The notes under the pieces were generated by a model, which saw nothing but the letters and a program-made list of their open reading frames with translations, searched no databases and was not told where the DNA came from. The translations under genes were made by a program, and so were the position numbers. From Candidatus Sigynarchaeum calidifontis (lineage in GTDB: Archaea; Asgardarchaeota; Lokiarchaeia; Sigyniarchaeales; Sigyniarchaeaceae), in contig JAUQYZ020000083.1 in NCBI GenBank assembly GCA_030587475.2, forward strand, positions 1 through 38,399: DNA of 38,399 nucleotides, in the 5' to 3' direction. Shown in pieces: positions 36,314 to 38,399 of the stretch (position 1 is its first letter; each line of letters begins with the position of its first letter).

Positions 36314-38293
36314 TTACCAAGCCGATCTGTTTATCCGGATCGAATATTCTCCTTTTTCCTTGGCAACGAATGAAACTCGTAGTAGCAAGCGATCTTCGAT
36401 AATGTCGAGCCCTGGTGCATCGATGACATAGCCATCCGGGAATTGAACCCAAGGGACACGGACCTCGGTCGGTGCTTGGATCGCCGGGTTTGCCACGAAC
36501 CGGAGCGTGAACCGTCCCTTTTTCATGTCGAAGGCCATCTTCAACGGCGTTCCTTGGATGCAGCGGGCAAATGGACGCACGAAACCTTTCATCGCCCTGC
36601 CACCGCTGTTGATGTTACCAGGGTCATCACGCTGGTCGTCGCTGTACACGCTGCAATCCTCTTGATTCCACCCGTCCCCGATACGCGGGTCGTTCCGGTT
36701 CGACGCGGTGTATGCCCATTGAGTGGCGCTCAAGAGATGGTGATCCAACGCGTTGTACATCATGTCCAATGTCCACGTGTGATCCTTCCATATGGCATCC
36801 CCGTGGTCTCCCGCGTGCCATCGCTCGTAGGCTTTACCGTTTTCGAGATCATACACGATCCCGAACTCGCCGATCAACACTGGCGAACCACCGTTCACGC
36901 GATCCGCGGCTTCCTTGATTTCACCGAAATGCTTCGTGTACATCCTCTGGATGCCATGTTTCCCCGCCACGAGCTTCATGTCCACGACGTCCAACGTGAT
37001 CTTGCGAACCTTTTTCGTTCCCGAGATGGCATTATCATACCAGTGGGACGCGTTCACGAAATTCTTGGGCATCGATGCCGGGAATGACCTGTCGTATACC
37101 GTTTCCTTCGGATCTTTTTCACCGAAGATCATCCAGCCGGGATTGATGGCTTGGATGGCATCGGCGACCTTGAAAATAAATGGCACCATGTAATCGGTCG
37201 TGAAATTTACCTTCCTACCGTTCACGACCTGGAAGAAATCGTTGCGCAAGATCTCGGGCTTTCCATCGTCCTTGAGTCGCCACGCGCCCGCGGCTTGAAA
37301 CGGGTCGCCCCTCCCCTCCCGCCACAATCGTATCCTGTTCTTGTTGACGACGACTTCGCGCACAGGGACGATGCCGAGCTTGGCGATGCGCAGCTCGAGA
37401 ACGGGAATGGTCACGGCATGGCCACTCGCAGCATACAAGCAATCGATGGGCGACCACGCGATGCCGGGCAAAGCCGGGTTGTTCTTCGTGGCCTTCAGAT
37501 GGCGATCGTTCATCGCAATCCCTGCCCACCCCGATCGCGGCTCGTTCAACGAGTCGAAGCCCATCACGTTCGGCAGATCCTTGACACGCTCCGCCACGGC
37601 ACGCATGCATTGGATGTAGTGACCCTGCATGTAATCTTGCACGTTAACGCCGTCGATCGTGAACTCTGGCGCGAAATCCCTACCGCTGAAAAACAACGTC
37701 CACATGATCGCGTTGCCTGGATACCAGGCATTTTGTCCCCAGCACATGGACGGGTACTTGTCTTCCTGGCGGGGTCTCGGGTCGTTGTAATCATAGGCGT
37801 GCTGCATGACCAGCGCCGCGTCGGACGTGCTGAGCTTCGTGTAATCTATACCAACCTTCTCGAAAAGCCAGCACGGCGCCCCGTCGCCGCCGGTCATCCT
37901 GCTCCACACGTCCTCGTGGAAATCTATGAACACGTAAAACCCGTGATCTCGTGCCATCTTGCAAAGTGTCGTAAAGTAATCGAGGTATGCAGTGTCTAGC
38001 TCGCCGGGACCTGCATGCTCTACCGCTTCCCACGTCGTGAGCAATCTCAAGGTATTGAATCCCCATGCCTTGAGTCGTTCAAAATGAACTTGCGCGTCAT
38101 CAAGCGGGAACGGGCGACCAATGAACGACACGTTCTCGTGTCCCGAAAAGTCCGTCGGGATGTGCGTGCGACCATCCGGGGTGTACGGCACCTTGCAATC
38201 GCCGCCAAGATTCACGCCGCGCAAGATCACGACGCGGCCATGCTCATCGATAAACCAGCGACCGCTCGGATGGATTCTCGTGAGTACTTCCAT
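36314..38293 (-). CDS. GH5 glycoside hydrolase, endoglycoceramidase-related / steryl-beta-glucosidase-like
   Basis: ILRGVNLGGDCKVP, SFIGRPFPL, WGFNTLRLLTTWEAVEHAGPG, DFHEDVWSRMTGGDGAP, SLNEP (acid/base), IGEFG (nucleophile) and GDGWNQED, plus a C-terminal beta-sandwich. No signal peptide seen. Start is ATG 38293 or GTG 38308. Confidence 0.88.
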   Translation of the reverse strand: MEVLTRIHPSGRWFIDEHGRVVILRGVNLGGDCKVPYTPDGRTHIPTDFSGHENVSFIGRPFPLDDAQVHFERLKAWGFNTLRLLTTWEAVEHAGPGELDTAYLDYFTTLCKMARDHGFYVFIDFHEDVWSRMTGGDGAPCWLFEKVGIDYTKLSTSDAALVMQHAYDYNDPRPRQEDKYPSMCWGQNAWYPGNAIMWTLFFSGRDFAPEFTIDGVNVQDYMQGHYIQCMRAVAERVKDLPNVMGFDSLNEPRSGWAGIAMNDRHLKATKNNPALPGIAWSPIDCLYAASGHAVTIPVLELRIAKLGIVPVREVVVNKNRIRLWREGRGDPFQAAGAWRLKDDGKPEILRNDFFQVVNGRKVNFTTDYMVPFIFKVADAIQAINPGWMIFGEKDPKETVYDRSFPASMPKNFVNASHWYDNAISGTKKVRKITLDVVDMKLVAGKHGIQRMYTKHFGEIKEAADRVNGGSPVLIGEFGIVYDLENGKAYERWHAGDHGDAIWKDHTWTLDMMYNALDHHLLSATQWAYTASNRNDPRIGDGWNQEDCSVYSDDQRDDPGNINSGGRAMKGFVRPFARCIQGTPLKMAFDMKKGRFTLRFVANPAIQAPTEVRVPWVQFPDGYVIDAPGLDIIEDRLLLRVSFVAKEKGEYSIRINRSAW

Positions 38294-38399
38294 TTTCAAC
38301 TTCCTCACGCGTTAATTTCAGCCAGCACATAAAAACGTGATTGCTTGTCGTGAAACTCATAACAGCTCAAAAAGAAGGCAAATGATGTTCCAAGGATGG

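Noticed and set aside
1-38399. CRISPR array, transposase/integrase, rRNA, tRNA, or Sec/Pyl stop-codon readthrough
   Set aside because: No regularly spaced repeats, recombinase motifs or cloverleafs were seen. The TGA stops I checked (methyltransferase, U32, DEAD-box) are not followed by convincing in-frame domain continuations. This was checked by eye only.

Overview
A gene-dense, moderately GC-rich archaeal window with about 27 CDS and no rRNA, tRNA, CRISPR array or mobile element that I can support. An Asgard (Lokiarchaeia-like) origin is inferred, not proven, from TRAPP/V4R-type proteins, an SmAP, a COG1223 AAA ATPase, a DUF166 protein, GGTGA Shine-Dalgarno motifs and TATA-like boxes. Recognisable housekeeping and metabolic genes are thpR, an Sm/Lsm protein, thyX, an ECF S component, a class I aminotransferase, a U32 protein, an RhlE-type DEAD-box helicase, a creatininase-family amidohydrolase and two clan-A glycoside hydrolases. 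There is also a DUF4011-helicase-Vsr-like nuclease protein with the Hhe defence architecture. The best candidate for an undescribed system is the co-oriented block at 1497-6770: AAA ATPase, TPR/alpha-solenoid protein, a Bet3/TRAPPC3-like protein, and a second TRAPP-fold protein with a TRAPPC5/C6-like WxxLFGKE motif fused to a long helical domain. This could be a heteromeric proto-TRAPP module. A ~700-bp gene-free region (27263-27959) holds two candidate structured RNAs and a palindrome array, and the ECF S-component gene has a strand-specific leader hairpin. All family calls come from motif recognition by eye; no searches were run.
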